Part shown: one piece after another, positions 30,001 through 33,157 of the stretch
Layout: every line of letters begins with the position of its first letter
Numbering within the stretch: the stretch's first letter is position 1
NCBI GenBank assembly: GCA_964565425.1
Contig: CAZMEZ010000002.1
Location: 13,953-77,952 of the forward strand
Direction of reading: 5' to 3'
Source of the DNA: an uncultured Planctomycetia bacterium
GTDB lineage: Bacteria > Omnitrophota > Gorgyraeia > Tantalellales > Tantalellaceae
DNA length: 64,000 bases
Notes under the pieces: generated by a model
Told to the model about the DNA's origin: nothing
What the model saw: the letters and a program-made list of their open reading frames with translations, nothing else
Database searches by the model: none
Made by a program: the position numbers and the translations under genes

Positions 30001-32976
30001 AAAGTAAGGGCCGGAGGAGAGCTGACCGCGGAGGAACAGGAGACGCACGAACTTCTCAAGATCTTCCTCGCCGACGATGCCGATGAGATGTACAGGGGCC
30101 TTTCCCGGGAAAAGCTCTTGAGCTTCCTGCCGGAAGAGATAAGAGCCGACGAAGGTATCGCGCACAGGCAGCATATATACATGACGCTTGACCGGGACGA
30201 GAATCTCGTTCACCAGCTGTATATAAGGATGTATCTCAGGGTTTCGCAGGGGAAATACCTGGCTATGCGGCTTTTCGAGATGTACATGAACCTGCCGGGC
30301 AGGCACGCCGAGATAGCCGATGAAGCCGAAATAAAATTGATGGCTGAGTTCTGGAAAGAACTGGACGCAAGGGCGCAAAGTACGGCGGCCATGTTCCCGG
30401 AGATGGATAAGCGGCGGATACTCGATAACCTGGTAAGGAGTTTATCCGCGGAGGAAAGGGCGTTTTACGGAAAGCTGGAACCGTTCGTTTGCGCCAGGGC
30501 GGATGAGATGTACGAGGATCTTTCCGGCGGATCCATACTGGACAACGTGTCCGGGGATATAAGGGATAGCCTGGAATATTATACCGAAGAAGAGATAAGG
30601 GCGAAGGTCGAAGCACTTGAAGACGGCGATCTTCCGTACATACTTTCAAGACAGGGGAGAGATCTCTTTGGACACGCCACGCCGGGCGATATAAGGGATT
30701 TTGTGCGCACGCGCGGCGCCGAAGAGCTCAGGGAGATCCTGGTGGAATCGGCCACCCGCCGCACCTTGACAGAGATAAAGGACATGCTCAAGGATAACCT
30801 CGAAGAACAGCTCAGGGTCCGCATAGCGGCGGAGGCCGGCAGGTACAGGGACGCGATAGCCGCCAGGAAGAATTACCGTGGAGAGCTTCATGAGGATATG
30901 AGGGACAACGCCCGCGAGTACTTCAGGAGGTCGCTGAACTGGGAAGAGGCGCAGGATGTCAAAGAAAGGACAATAGACGAGTTCAAGTTGATGGATAAAG
31001 CGATAACGGAAGGGGGCCTCACTGTAGAAGGGCTTACAGGAAAGCCGAACCAGACCTTCGTCACGAAGATCATAGGGTATTTCTTCCCGGAAATGAGAAC
31101 GGTCACCCTGAGCCTGATAGCCCCGAAACTCTGGCTGTTCTGGGCGGGGACCATAACGGCAAGCGTGTTGTCGCTGGTATTCCTTCCGTCCATGCACATA
31201 CTGGCGCTTGTCCCCGTATGGCTCGCCATATCGTTCACGGGCGGCCTTTTGGCCACCTTTGTCGTGATGGCCGTCGCTCACAGGTACATAATGTCGGCAT
31301 ACGGTGAGGAAAGGGCCATGAGGGCGTTAAGCGTCCGCCTGGCGATGCCGAACCTCTTTATAGATTGTTACCAGACCCTTTACCTTTACGGGAACAAGGT
31401 GGCGTGGAACGAGGTAATAAGCGGCAGCCGTCTGGCCTTCTGGTGGCTGACCGGGAGGGCCGTGAACGTCCTCGATACTATCCTGGAAAAGAACGCGAAC
31501 GCTTTTTACCCCGGCAAGTTCAAACTCGCGGAAGATGACCTGACCCAAAAGCGGCTCAAGCTGCAGACGATATGGAACTGGGGATTCATGGTGGCGCTCT
31601 ATCATATAGTCGCGCTGGGACTCAGGGGAGACCTCGCCGACAGCCTGTTCTCCTCGGTCGCGGAGACGATAGTGGGCTGGTCAAGTATAGCCCGGAACAG
31701 CCCCGCCGTGAACTACGCGGCGGTGGGACTTGTCCTGGCCGCGGCCATAACAGGTATCGCGCTCATCGTCAGGAAGGCGTTAAGAAAGGCGGAAGACTGG
31801 AAAAAACCGGAATTCGCATTGACGCTGGGCCTTCCGGCCGATATATACGACGAGCTCATGGATAAGGACGTGGACATGGAGAAGCTCGGCCGGAGGACGG
31901 GAGTGGACAATTTCGTGAGGATAGAGGCCGGGGAGGAAGACGACAGGATCAAGGAGCTCCGGAAAAAGACCCGCGGCGAAAAGGCCGTATTGGCCCTTCT
32001 CGACCATGACGAGCTCCCGTTCGACCCCGACACGTTCGATATAAATTTCACGGAACTGGAGAAGATAATAAAGAGCTTTGCCGTGAGGGCCGTCGGCGAC
32101 ATCATGGAACTCCTGCATCCCGAGATAACGAAGCTCGACGCCGACACGCTTGCCAGGATAAACAATGTGAAGAACCTGAGGAACATCGCGCGTATAATGG
32201 CGCGCGTGCTCCCCGAGGGTGAATGTCTCGATCTCGGCGAAAAGAGTATTTACGAAATAAGGATAGACAACATTTACAACATGCACAGGGCGGATTACAC
32301 CGAAAAGGCGATCAGGTACCTCGAGGGCATGAAGAGGCCCGACGAGGCCCTGAAGAACCGCCGCTACCTCGTTACCGCCGTGGACAAGGCCATGGACCTC
32401 AAGCTCCTTGCCAACTCCATCAGGGAGAGGAGAAGGGCCATGGGAGTGAAAGAGGATGAGTCCGCGACGGATCCGGTCAGGGACATCGTGATCGTGAGGA
32501 ACGGGATCGTGGCCCAGGACGTGGAAGCCGTGCTCGAAGAGACGGGTCTCGGCAGGTATATCACCGCGGACAGTGTCATAGTGATCGGAGACAAAGAAAC
32601 GCTGAACACGGGCGGCGTGCTCGCCAAGATAGAGGAAAAGACGGGCGAAAGACCGGCTCCGAACCAGGTGGCCATAGGGACGAAAGCGGGTATCATACAG
32701 GTGGACGAGGAGAATCCGGGCGAGGTACTGCGGGCGGACAAGGAAGACAGCGCTCTCCTGGTGCGGCTCGAGGACGGCCTCGTGAGCCAGCTCTATAAGA
32801 TGATGGTCGAGATAGCCGCCAACGGCGACAGGAAAGTGACGTGGGCGGACAAGGAACTCATCCGGGTGCAGGGATACAACGTGTATATCTACCTGCCGAA
32901 GATGGAGAAGATAGATCTTGAGGCCGAGATAGCGAACTACGAACGCTACATCAGCGAGATACTGGTGAGGGCATAA
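1..32976 (+). CDS. Giant multidomain membrane protein ORF1, 5'-partial (>10,990 aa): SecA-like ATPase, ~12 TM helices, six TolC-like half-repeats, YD-like repeats, CBM-like domains, zincin-like module, helical repeats, GT2 synthase and conserved C-terminal domain
   Basis: The frame of the ATG at 31 is open back to base 1 (KLQLARPPEEM), so the real start probably lies upstream of the window. The ORF is uninterrupted to TAA at 32974-32976. Domain motifs are listed as sub-features. Confidence 0.93.
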   Translation, partial: KLQLARPPEEMKQAIEDGLEFIHNHINERSKEEVLRRAKERERVERRGNEIVMPEAFEAEVQRLTADSMEVLVGPIVRNLKAEADYAAKMKDVGKDTGVVPGPEAPDTGLAGVDGMMKASELIAHLRHIKTLKDEGKITPAGIKIETMKAESVIAEHGLGEESLKGFEDHGLKRSLWGVLQELLSEFKGEGVPAEAAAPAIVPAKEEGKLGILTEAFKEADREPEGAEAEGKKVEFEIVSARGTGAEETPEAAEETPAEETPEAAEETPAEEVPEEAEGAPEEAPAPVGSLSPQTKRFMDILDIDDSLDIYAVIAGECEEAVKSGKNPAYDVDMTRCREAALKVKKESEMISMSVSSFAAEIRVLETSKYKGLRKAIGEKIKIALGRINKRSREEVSEKLNARLEKMKTEDELPSDLAGLIEVLITMLNDSAGILARPIIAAIRGEVPAVETPAQKVFGLLITAQQDIEAGNFARARQKAQEAGNIDPSNKSAKDLLKRVDEAEAAIAAEAAAAAQPEAGEGPEAEEAEDAEAARAEKLTAREIMRKTAELIIRLEHIQRTAPIKREDVAEVEREIEASCISAEALKNARDHTGKPLWEKLQEALAGVKALMEREKAAPGTESIIPVIRIKNTKIRMMVEREMLSMQGWLIDWRKQIQDAEGVPDVERLEKIIAVKKKELDFRAKEIEAKKKGMEKELDEAPQPEKDEINRVLYVLFTEAVDGDSEKGIQGVRQIVAGKGAGIIGDYLQDWGTFVQGSDDFLKFSLEEVEGYISARQKELKSLMARYGIPAALPEQKAELENMLSLLAVQARVRASQKKRPELEDTQILINLDALREKETQELSRKSWVKIQAVSPIHHAETQALISLANKGASMNDIADKAFGVIETAIRDTQQNDPYRLKHKFSNLVEKSYESGLQLNMVGPMEVAVAKILPTMDGQEKVETAEEAHNLAQETLDQIKAVYDQKPDLTMDDSGRKLRAEVLYMAESLLSKAIEAKFHPFHRLYDSQKKVVKKAIINETTDRKGRTKSRIGLLPTSAGKTKALYTGAFIMAIHALSNRGKSAREGILITSTEESKAREDAEEAAQVLSKLGVQVGFIGSTPEGQPQGYLYSADIDDFKKVPDSRVYDEAVVVYGTLDKFVHRSQHEQESIVPADRKFMHRSWRLRLDEADVPLIYDVANPFIISSTQHDPFVIRLVDGIVREFILTKPDSYSENVRKKEVELTPLGIEILKDRLIIDANLSNDEIKRGLARFMRMAELAITAHIYYVIDKNYTDVTVQGRREIVFLDEGTKRPVFGRLPYDMQAAIEAKEGLSVRPEENSELILQIDSVIRETIKEDPYLYEQKPDERFVRLNRKGIEALKKALTGKGRNAEEVARDISTTEELAEMSLTAHLYYKPGEDYSIMRVGDHREIVLLDEGTGKPMYGRRLSYGLHAAIEAKHHAEGINVKPEGVITSWTTLTGFLRQPFIVSFGGVTATCDEDAMRQLHGVKTVNVLEELREELAIREYKKAYTELEVEEKARVDKLVHESHRKELPPRIYETQTEKLKAVFWVTRRQKEKNPARPILIKVASDLEAGEMATLLKRALGDEAKINLMTAATYEDIDQIKHEAGQEGCITIVTNLGGRGIDIKLNEMTDMVGGLLGISTYFDELAASDIQFRGRVGRNRHPGTWMGFWSLEDRAFRKYAEAHPEGIRILRDMIAQVKADDTRPDKYIGCEEKVERVIDEIRLSIRKRHIYASRQHQELSEYIERRRDGFFAQRENLIENLVTVVAAISEEKRDLNEIDRQILDHGDEFMQLFGKDIRTEGWTPDNIIGKIEDMCDNDPDMAQNLVELAKVDEIADLLVKVIGRREVHLEKIKELERDRQNMMMPIVRANVSWQRFLERANNIQKGLDRFLRHYGWRQSLLQIDPVVNRERMIKAAYESEFGRKKITPEKIPMIVLRGILTGLVVVSIFIYAPAVLAGFFGILGIPSILGYAGLAALAALITFKPRAGAAVLAMTGFWTAFKYITGLMKISTLWGSIPKDAFSVLSTDINLIFAVGLIGITMLAAVIILQRGFLRQMQTVDKSIRGFARVRYGIEIEGVNPAAAVVKYLAQQLLGIINYLAPFLAGLCFVVVAAIPPFLGSSIITLPAALGIGTALAATGLVSTVITIFANRKEIKGFGIIRPSLGKRYMNTVVDGVLAVSAGAFFLFMAQCAGLTYMIAGLLLSLLAIQLARSVVTRNMGTHTIHMRTYRLGALSSIPAAALVLGLTRILGMTLVPFWTVFILASVPFMITGIGYVAAQWYSAKRLSEISSKVTDISRTRSFIGIILEQNLFNVRQWAPAAGTVTGLVVFMAGLVAKSPVLSTLSISAGFVAAVFLTAVIAVKLHKLFSGIKLRRKGDIAVSETRLKDIRLARNVVSKEELGNIIKAVEAFKAERPGTDNPYSLAVSKLRKRVVGGSVLEKILHQITIHGPPPGGKWNEKELESSIRQILFRETVDLSGEPVKKGSEDGEIAVKAFKSLFKEFGLVKTPIDRMLDTVSKPENWMKALGESFRVAIGLPLLVDGAQKAYTNRMEEKRLHDASVRAQKHTEETRQSHITFLQSKEEDITRLLDIMRQEALQGDRKAFDPHMELFKRLITEYGTYKTGYFVPAETEIYARKRDIFLKKAEEAEALLEKVLAERKAMERSQRAETLRGLTAKIDEALENMKKAAEKGDRDAFGRAKIEMDIKLKHLESFKEDAVEEAEKRAIDELIARYRELAAKMGERLKAQMEARDSQLARLRDLLADLNTAAMSGHENIFNEKLNEFEKALRDSDLVAEIEKKKFKKSAEKAKDTLARRIEELSKEKDKRRAAQISEIETLLGKMEGSAKKADAAGFARLKEAFEGAIETADLVSDADKTGFGTRAGRAGIVLMETMKKMFEYHDKISKFVMAAPSYASPEKAASAKEARENFKKAMEALKAEAPEVYSREHADSDLRLAEILFEKAVSERVDSSDVTKLRVLLRRAMTSDREARFIIDISEKFAKQEAVDTRTFAQIVFGYYLGGKLPRNYFGNEAARGQVVTLDLNAVPASTPLSVVDRIRLSSAYDTRMNNGRMELRINDNGTSTPADDIWIPADLYNEHLQQMYPLIQQLAQLMGYSGMDSAWQSTNFVVEAGQPGADSELVLLRDMMNWLIISQYTGDYGASASDMLGEVLKNYDEVRKYMNEYNGSFSFSDPDDVAFLLWLSSETADGKDLDDLLYYPRQFARLMVSFNWFNSDRASRQEEVRAAQIKGMAWWKTARSENMLDIVQQFVQLKTALGEIARLGSEISNIESRMAGLAADMIILEESMAVAGEKEKSDIAGEIEALKVEKTLLEYRKLSLMRERIAARERSRKLRIRIKRALEMPRTTDLLKELNLEEISEIELITALKDLCGEYYGTRLEAARQWVVEEARRMPGHVTATLDSGLDLDFVRMFEITEVGDISTVSLLNFNLVWNPATTPKEREIARKRIEEAVANFRDVRNELDGEISRLHAGIETMDSIIKSDRGVLLEARTAYDRLMALMKRYPNMVAADDMRRAVDDLRQAEDSLRGHMQELRMLQARLDMYGGPSSVKPASKKKTVSHPGELFSMAVENGRLGRAWAKVAMAEAVRDRIDADKWYLPSVVFNISLFKGFEGWGWREENAPDDDIFKDFIDWSRTGLSAGLYLRWQLFDLGKENRRQAAEYYLQSAILGSRESASRLTVDIANALSRMKLAQDEVDIKTRLVRQKAELLEGMEQSRDRERQMFYLKQLRRDLAKAKQDLRLAAETLRTTIGATSTEVEIDDAMLADIHSELEKFMANHPERFVRGDDGKWRVTPQGQREMGALKRELARIHDELEAMEREMSLTVAQRFEMRRLIGSIKEARGILDETFEAGKTVPAKVYRTLHLAQLSLIERQIKEVSGDHVRLERFRMALRRISSETGEDDIRTRAEKLIAEVNAALVKAYKREISRISNNAHRYDARTETEKMQLVLIYGRQILEVDLADSYAQGKIKEARARLEALKKRSEEDRVKENLGNMTDKLNSTPGVFTSYREYLGYCAEGLGVSLETRALAQKGTIDLGKTDIDRTESRLLDAIWNMVARTGIPEAYYKDHAPERHYGAGRIPTLKLEDFYCGVFRGKATALNEIFTGRAHNELDELIEYRRFLIDLRNRLEQVKGANRGKAAELIVHIDAYIALVDLKMKQLEDKGEKTRTETDRENAINREISGMESDLGQSWFLFIPVEFHTTRGWMEDYIKVFNRVYKAKMLGPDVEQQEKIDKLEAQARDKLAESYGEIEVRDDTEDLIYDIELARALRHYGINRSGFESSSELALLRLAKKKLDETIKKNEPKHFDRVIGETADVLRVCPAVYAARPDGYRTFREEIVKRQQALYRLALKDRMRKTALLQAEIVKADNDDAEDYLDELQDAEKALRSIYQSLMAHNEAEGLEAGEDEKTAREKLDRISDTRSLIYLKKAVYALGRIADFEDHKDGISTDDLVKPAGAEDNDELYRVPLVTRYTSDDAAAMEGYFPNVQIRILRRLAVGDVSKSRLEAVLEATAEALRHDRNNREAQVIRGAVQDKYTQVLIDELDRLWDGVDRKIKKGGTASERDIRRIKGTADRILDVNSDRLIEGIKDGSSINEIQRINDRIAAVGLNLDRMLSEDWVISGDGMRIAEMIMKSSERAGGKHNPYREEIIALLKRRYHLHSRDAVLKGGPLVYVQIGISTDGAGQLFGKTITAPWTNLVSAGVTQNGLFWLSWPIRKIPIIGRIFTAITGLDGYIKYRKDEMRRQGIGAEEELRKAEMAAIQEWITFWGTVKEYQITMAARSSLEKELLALRASLKEDEARTTFARTYTDRVYLRTRVADKELELARVDAKARMLETRLVSMGVNDPKDFVTDGSKFAAAGYADERLDEVRKVFGEQFEELAGKGGLELRIKVMEDRRSSVQPSITEGSTSMDLTVRYGKGYFGRNEERWKTSVEFTREETIAGITDAIGGYSRDSRAYHAAGREHEYRAEEKKRLGDLADLSVRYWESAARHEQLRLKHELAVKAYNDGLEERKAGLMTESQIRDLRNYRDQIKGEMDAEAVEMEKMEKQFRVRFGLAAPDRNFLRNFGSTLAPLAIDKILEMVSNAGSDLEFSQNDELRALEEYIKSSREKQSTALHALSNIKLGVRFLDSELTTEPVDAYMPTLTFVLYGSNWTYSLERARSEHVQNIYNLDRRRKDLLVRYDTRIAELESTAEMLKLEMKNLTDVSGSMQREYEEIMSDYRARRISFQTMKTRLQNIDRSRYAASLAAFTGAYNRFITIAGQLGAKMPELAAGAVAGPAEEKKEAPRAAEKAGEPVFTADNIPARSEFEKGMKRRTGWRWGDYWDSYCARHSEEEIKVFLKRHELEPSQTNKAGFRAFQEALEELSSRRGHIFGPGGVIERLYEPGRIGDLSLIELPQLRKVYWERFWIVQEKAVIPFLEKKLKYKPDTDNDFALLMAWTDHVMGNGRDATEMRVFLKSSIAEGDLVNAATAKLTSLSEEDYGKVAARMAEEAFLVTADELQGRVETMDTGVDSFRELMASFQEWTGRFLAEDIRYGNEADRWTLYRVAILSLRAGGREEFHPDMALMELIKSVSGEFFNIERMKAEDAMRMPGAATLRKLSDLIHERKARGEDTTALEVVFNVHMRAFKRGKKINTCYDFARWIRREIDNTQRWLDEHYSELPKEKRLEQAIKDRAAKKDFYVPMLIVYLAEARAEIPGMDDLLKPENSKVLESMMKSYFEDMKYILDNYRDYFAAGGHISVYDTNNPVLLEAAKKWVRFYRENFGARDEFKAFMEGPYRDLVTNEDVKEFLQEAAGVENVESLMSEDMMVHGGYLARILQKYHIDPRDKKAVRNFCDLARYVFKENESLVKFEVSEGKETIKYFIGLGEIMGTLDSVARRSSRTLTDVVKDDALMPDIKKLLKKYGFEYVEISRLVRQTEGLFKGKLPSGEVVMITAPIVDAKFNEIGTSISIKDRDNRNLVTFTRVHVQDRIPEGYARDLQKREILVYRMDSAYPQEIFRLPREIKDGDAFTLDSLVGAFKIGNVTFEDDGKGGRLMVKTYLEGYRDGQNNVVVKIGRSGYGNTVYEEKIIGEKRQKIYYEYYPNGSLKSVRYEGIAYRPDSFADRKAYLFAEQHGFIVYTEYEPSGDPLVNGAPGMIRFGDGTVSLYENGHVKRIVFGRPHRPIDDPVDHAFAEQHGFITEKVYDGSAEEKDVLTRYKDGSERRYATADNLAAVRDERRGIMTARAVDPIAPGNLVEAVFGENPHAFTRRDDVLKAMEPLRSEEKGEQFFRIRGEQGRRYWTRIRELLAKIELTLREKEYTDESRETVKAFIDELEDLQSVLNDDHLEKLLLLLKDYHFAKAHGFIKRVVYEGTRLDERSNGGRPLRIEYADGTWIRFDYSARPGDLNAIEKDIYANNANCYLKVVREKGKEEIRYIYISKDPRHLRDDHLIYVGYVDPFIDSRFAKVHGGVTAIIYDGSSKNGGNILKKYYKDGSREEFEYKPLGMYTKTLYEMTYVKGIKREVKKVFEYDAKDRLVRIIYYSKDEQNIEDYRDEFYYDKGYIFAHRGIGRPIPGNIIVIETGDTGVPAENGRISVYTDSRVSIKNAEAFKEAGRPQFVFDFNQAIEDLAARGGLNGILTDRDKAHDGAIWGRDPSGSRMLEKAVWHEDVLGTLSTILSEERFDSVFGRISGVWEAAVLRDGRWALEYKNDKQKIASHKLVADGIYAEMAKFQSVLEDLEGKGERMDHFRFECWQRILVLKIKAWERLAYRELVLEAEKPGTWMDERTGVRWFRNVVLSFSRRNGWDIVYEAVSGVKDAEVTRVRTVNVDGEERPAENEIENMRIGGEEHTITVDMERAGTLDMSRASLRFLVNTNKGAWPEISITAVDGEGRERTMNVPADIVKPEDHRDYQIVEFTPAPGNMSDYTGDEDFDASGVRSISIVFKKTSAKGEIGIRDITIERQGPAVDAKKAAGSVDVKVSRDEWTAAYDMDGYMYYDLSERGESINREGAAIRIEAALPKKLARPGTIARVELIDSQGRPRSVNVKVGADNVIRAEIEAVSRSDFDPGKILMLRVKTDLAQQAARPSILGKLLVGLALLLLPAYIFRKKLDEWLRKKVYPRFSKDKKDPGEKVITHAKVNKYIREHLPAVLKEAKTPEETLRVLEEHYEVLASQKYSHGRKHISARFIPIKGLFRETGIQAHIGLGRVYGEPIVYIDDSGISYENIREHEFYEIMKWEEKRRELGLSRAQMRIWILDNIAEAREFGLKIHNESQEQNAVAQKVSDVISYGKDVDFIIAAGPDGDESADKGASPKKERAPAKGEALSKRDAVLNAGSKEAALKAIGVPENHFHKRDISRLLRDKQEVGKKGREHGITLRELQERIIFINDELGIDILNGTGLTLLNRPISTLKQKAEIIRANDDLPSEYQLKMTIKRMTTSPEKLRAEIQALRDKYGMEHPAAEKEEVAPADDEEKPLVWASEFEKQMAEGEEARGSEEPAEEPAEEPAEPAEKMTREEALETLAGAVETVNRAIGKMKAVLDAVEWREAEVHKGSDETAEEIEDDKAETLRYLCDSVEKEVRELLEPRNNKEVAGELEESEKKIKAAAAVLGEEDPRVIKAVERLDLALGKNDSLKNLIENLLESISRVRALRGLDDTEKRRAEEEFSGKANEAIGALDGLIDELQAIIRSAGDEDGNVDEVMAGLPEEATDQDILNALSGRLNDIEKRVNGLSDGNGACRADIDGIGALLDGMKADWEGHDLFREAVEKLGKAREHDRSAGENIQNVLEKIEAGRLRIAEEILRAAERRENARKRDAFREDMEGRIGRLDEMIEEIRGIAETAIEKESAVKDMVDGLEEKELTESGIHAIIKRVATADADVKRLKERNGALAGELKGIEGGLKALEASEFADDDTFKLAKDRLEDARSYSRTAEEEARQALETIEAALKRLTDELLRATGRREKAEREVAEENERTFLERINADIGNLDGILDEIESIISEAEGRKSDVENIMAGIPEEGLDRDGVREVSSRLTAVERNVNTISRRNDILGRDINGIGERLKGMEDTEWAEHGSFKEATGKLAAAREKNAIAVERIEEVLGMIRDARVTRLADELRRAVEREEADKEDEGLLPEMAPEIEDILAVGEEPEKVEPEIIGPEETEETEEAPEEPAEPASEGPGEPGEPGDVELAGEPEEPETPETPAERFEREIREAEDIMKKLRAMAGPINGWLKGLGVDFMTKEAEETLEKDKEIFMPRLRFLEAWVFFDTKKATKYPLTNLVRSVVLVALMGASLMAPNVAGLINVFPYVAMAVIMFLSLKTAREKAGYGFLSGGIIFLAQQLLSLVVPMGAVSLGLLAVILFFYSAFPVGKYLLAISGTDKHGNGQPYNYLRNQVGQIKKADMILRDIQEKIQDRPELRDWVWDDERPIRSRDIRPKDEVLQQTVDGRYFEGGITGKTETFGNVIYAAREELRELIEKGEEELETRRPVNVVSKVLMITSVLGLAVTGLVMWSLGLFAFTPAAIFAALSGIMAVLITSAFISRSVLGGKLLIDIPANMKCLNRSSSTAMLRQVFRARPDAEGKLGKQLKIWDIWRHLTQLAANKSVSVLEGKTREEVNAKFARGMEDLVDSAIARGDKDSMGLTKAEGILPKIKMIGGTVLFLTIVMGLAYAASVALFAGSAWIYNLLAFGKDLTWGELFRHPFAVVKMAQNLPWLTVLLKTALFAGPGAVLMYMGGHLRGDAVGRILKNIGLIGVIAGAVAGVSQVMAVIPFATVGMAVAQFVVGSVIFGSLWIFALKFMAYYIGVYTKLHPDEKKVSVWDVVKNAGAAAVSMGLLVIVPRVAGVGIGSLLAQVLNTAFWGTSLGMALNVALVFAAAYFAVKTAAMLIARNRFKSISVENKLKKERSAAAIPETFICGHRYTHEELDVIVKANRVGKEGLEQHERMMYEGMMGQGDTPSGTEYFSAAINERYEQLEEGEIIRLMSEKALKKLGSEDMIPGAMTADQLREFLGREGNYREQLLVRVKLVYDILAVEQILDRMSGAGFGKIKDALSLPDDLKLWDAQADVRSFKSGVISKLGDERFNELKAEYGLPDDLDRKELLENPDLLDGRSIDRMVADLVREVIDRDPIEKGIIRAYDFMPRQQEWLVIIGADWEDHIRPLVKALLSMQYPLNKYKFIFAGETWDDRTEKSVRDARINARKKLMGLVTEEIKGSLPEQFTFEGAPVREENALSARGRGLLPRRLRGFITRIFGARREPSQAYTKPFANTFVLKDSDAAAGDIKDTEDLPESLQTLKFVMGSADGISETRRLKRSFRNKYMAEEPVRSHKPDEETATNGKISYYRRTVENAVETYNYGSSPAWMRLPDRTPALIRPLLRMLTRPVIFMLHAFGYSGEIRGLSFEDKIACNRYNLKRGDVLKRHMNWFAADTLPTLINIIDSGRLDLLSLGMLWKRIKSERDAKERKKLVNLYISLSNISGYGRLATDFLNSDGKKEAEAAFIEGVIFGEFERINAPKNGQGRLSQSRSGALALPWRNGAFFEGEYGAWYNMGWDAFHALPDTFKPLGGTTGWFCTEPVEEIYWDEVDWACVKNKLPEGFEFDPENARGVMKEEYGAKKKLTTIGAWDEMQVAEDYMLGFLSWLYGFNIASFYTLTPEDATSTTGITMNTRALQTSRWNKGYIIGLVVLATNLSVLREVLKRKGFLGMLTFLVSTLSSAIHPLLFRMARALTVLWCAYFLPVAGAIWLFLKFAPGAFLSVENETNLMSALSAFKEWIGDVVPQVFNSIPMGWGWLVGPAIVIIPILLHKFFTMLSMFMRINRPLNLKRQEQEISEEYIKGTQKKGVRELMRIVNAGLLGKHAMNGFVAACLMDAQMKMSQLSDEERVMLELWKRVRMILARLPEELSREDAKRSVLARMKGMDASNFKLLWNYIEKKEDGTYSIAEDAALGSVTLNAMLDVWNKVRAGGELTAEEQETHELLKIFLADDADEMYRGLSREKLLSFLPEEIRADEGIAHRQHIYMTLDRDENLVHQLYIRMYLRVSQGKYLAMRLFEMYMNLPGRHAEIADEAEIKLMAEFWKELDARAQSTAAMFPEMDKRRILDNLVRSLSAEERAFYGKLEPFVCARADEMYEDLSGGSILDNVSGDIRDSLEYYTEEEIRAKVEALEDGDLPYILSRQGRDLFGHATPGDIRDFVRTRGAEELREILVESATRRTLTEIKDMLKDNLEEQLRVRIAAEAGRYRDAIAARKNYRGELHEDMRDNAREYFRRSLNWEEAQDVKERTIDEFKLMDKAITEGGLTVEGLTGKPNQTFVTKIIGYFFPEMRTVTLSLIAPKLWLFWAGTITASVLSLVFLPSMHILALVPVWLAISFTGGLLATFVVMAVAHRYIMSAYGEERAMRALSVRLAMPNLFIDCYQTLYLYGNKVAWNEVISGSRLAFWWLTGRAVNVLDTILEKNANAFYPGKFKLAEDDLTQKRLKLQTIWNWGFMVALYHIVALGLRGDLADSLFSSVAETIVGWSSIARNSPAVNYAAVGLVLAAAITGIALIVRKALRKAEDWKKPEFALTLGLPADIYDELMDKDVDMEKLGRRTGVDNFVRIEAGEEDDRIKELRKKTRGEKAVLALLDHDELPFDPDTFDINFTELEKIIKSFAVRAVGDIMELLHPEITKLDADTLARINNVKNLRNIARIMARVLPEGECLDLGEKSIYEIRIDNIYNMHRADYTEKAIRYLEGMKRPDEALKNRRYLVTAVDKAMDLKLLANSIRERRRAMGVKEDESATDPVRDIVIVRNGIVAQDVEAVLEETGLGRYITADSVIVIGDKETLNTGGVLAKIEEKTGERPAPNQVAIGTKAGIIQVDEENPGEVLRADKEDSALLVRLEDGLVSQLYKMMVEIAANGDRKVTWADKELIRVQGYNVYIYLPKMEKIDLEAEIANYERYISEILVRA
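739..816 (+). repeat. 36-nt in-frame tandem repeat (about 2.2 copies) encoding the acidic linker EETPEAAEETPA
   Basis: gaagaaacgccggaagctgccgaagagaccccggc occurs at 739 and 775, with a partial third copy at 811. Confidence 0.9.
2990..5300 (+). other. SecA-like DEAD-type ATPase domain inside ORF1, with a tandem-duplicated preprotein cross-linking domain
   Basis: Motifs occur in SecA order: Walker A LPTSAGKT (~3100), VVYGT, LDEAD..LI....NPFIIS (~3500), EIV.LDEGT...GR...G/MxAAIEAK twice, GGVTAT, RPILI, TIVTNLGGRGIDIKL (~4850), GGL, DIQFRGRVGRN..PG....FWSLED (~4970-5040). Confidence 0.9.
5815..7125 (+). other. Polytopic inner-membrane segment of ORF1 (about 12 predicted TM helices)
   Basis: Successive hydrophobic stretches of about 20 aa, from IPMIVLRGILTGLVVVSIFIY to FVAAVFLTAVIAV. 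Confidence 0.8.
8950..15930 (+). other. Six TolC/outer-membrane-efflux-protein-like half-repeats inside ORF1
   Basis: Each unit reads helix, amphipathic strand pair, then a long helical hairpin. The clearest is ELFSMAVEN...YLPSVVFNISL...GLYLRWQLFDLGK (10780-11358). RYEAGLxS-like turns occur as EERKAGLMTESQI and DYRARRISFQTM. Confidence 0.6.
18240..19800 (+). repeat. YD/RHS-like beta-repeat region with four FAxxHG(F/G) repeats inside ORF1
   Basis: YEYYPNGSLKSVRY and FEYDAKDRLVRII. FAEQHGF at 18478 and 18664, FAKAHGF at 19165, FAKVHGG at 19483. Confidence 0.65.
20640..21335 (+). other. Two CBM11/CIA30-like beta-sandwich carbohydrate-binding modules inside ORF1, followed by a TM helix (21361-21417)
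   Basis: LDMSRASLRFLV...DYQIVEF...DFDASGVRSISIVF...GEIGIRDITI, and a second unit ending DFDPGKILMLRV. The TM helix is followed by basic RKK (positive-inside). Confidence 0.55.
22650..24480 (+). repeat. Three to four ~150-aa alpha-helical repeats inside ORF1
   Basis: F.....IG.LD..IDE...I......V...M.GL/I.EE recurs at ~23092, ~23548 and ~24025. Confidence 0.75.
27530..31460 (+). other. Processive GT2 (cellulose-synthase-like) glycosyltransferase with TM helices inside ORF1
   Basis: MQYPLNKY, TKPFAN, DTED (DxD), PLGGTT, GAWD..QVAED (TED-like), QTSRWNKG (QxxRW, 29131-29145), TM helices, and a C-terminal FWWLT motif after a long helical insertion. Confidence 0.85.
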
Positions 32977-33118
32977 TGCGGGAGAGCGTCATATATTCAG
33001 GGAAAGGCGTACAGTTAAAGGAGGGTGGTGTGTTAGGAACAAAAGTTATCGACTGATAGGAAGCGTCCCTGCCCCGGGCTCTGCCAAGCGGCCCGCGGGT
33101 GGGGGCGTTTTCTCCGAG

Positions 33119-33157
33119 CGAGGCCCGGAAGTCATGACTCCGGGCCTCGGTCTTTTT
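33119..33157 (+). terminator. Rho-independent terminator downstream of ORF1
   Basis: 11-bp stem cgaggcccgga/tccgggcctcg followed by gtcttttt. Confidence 0.75.
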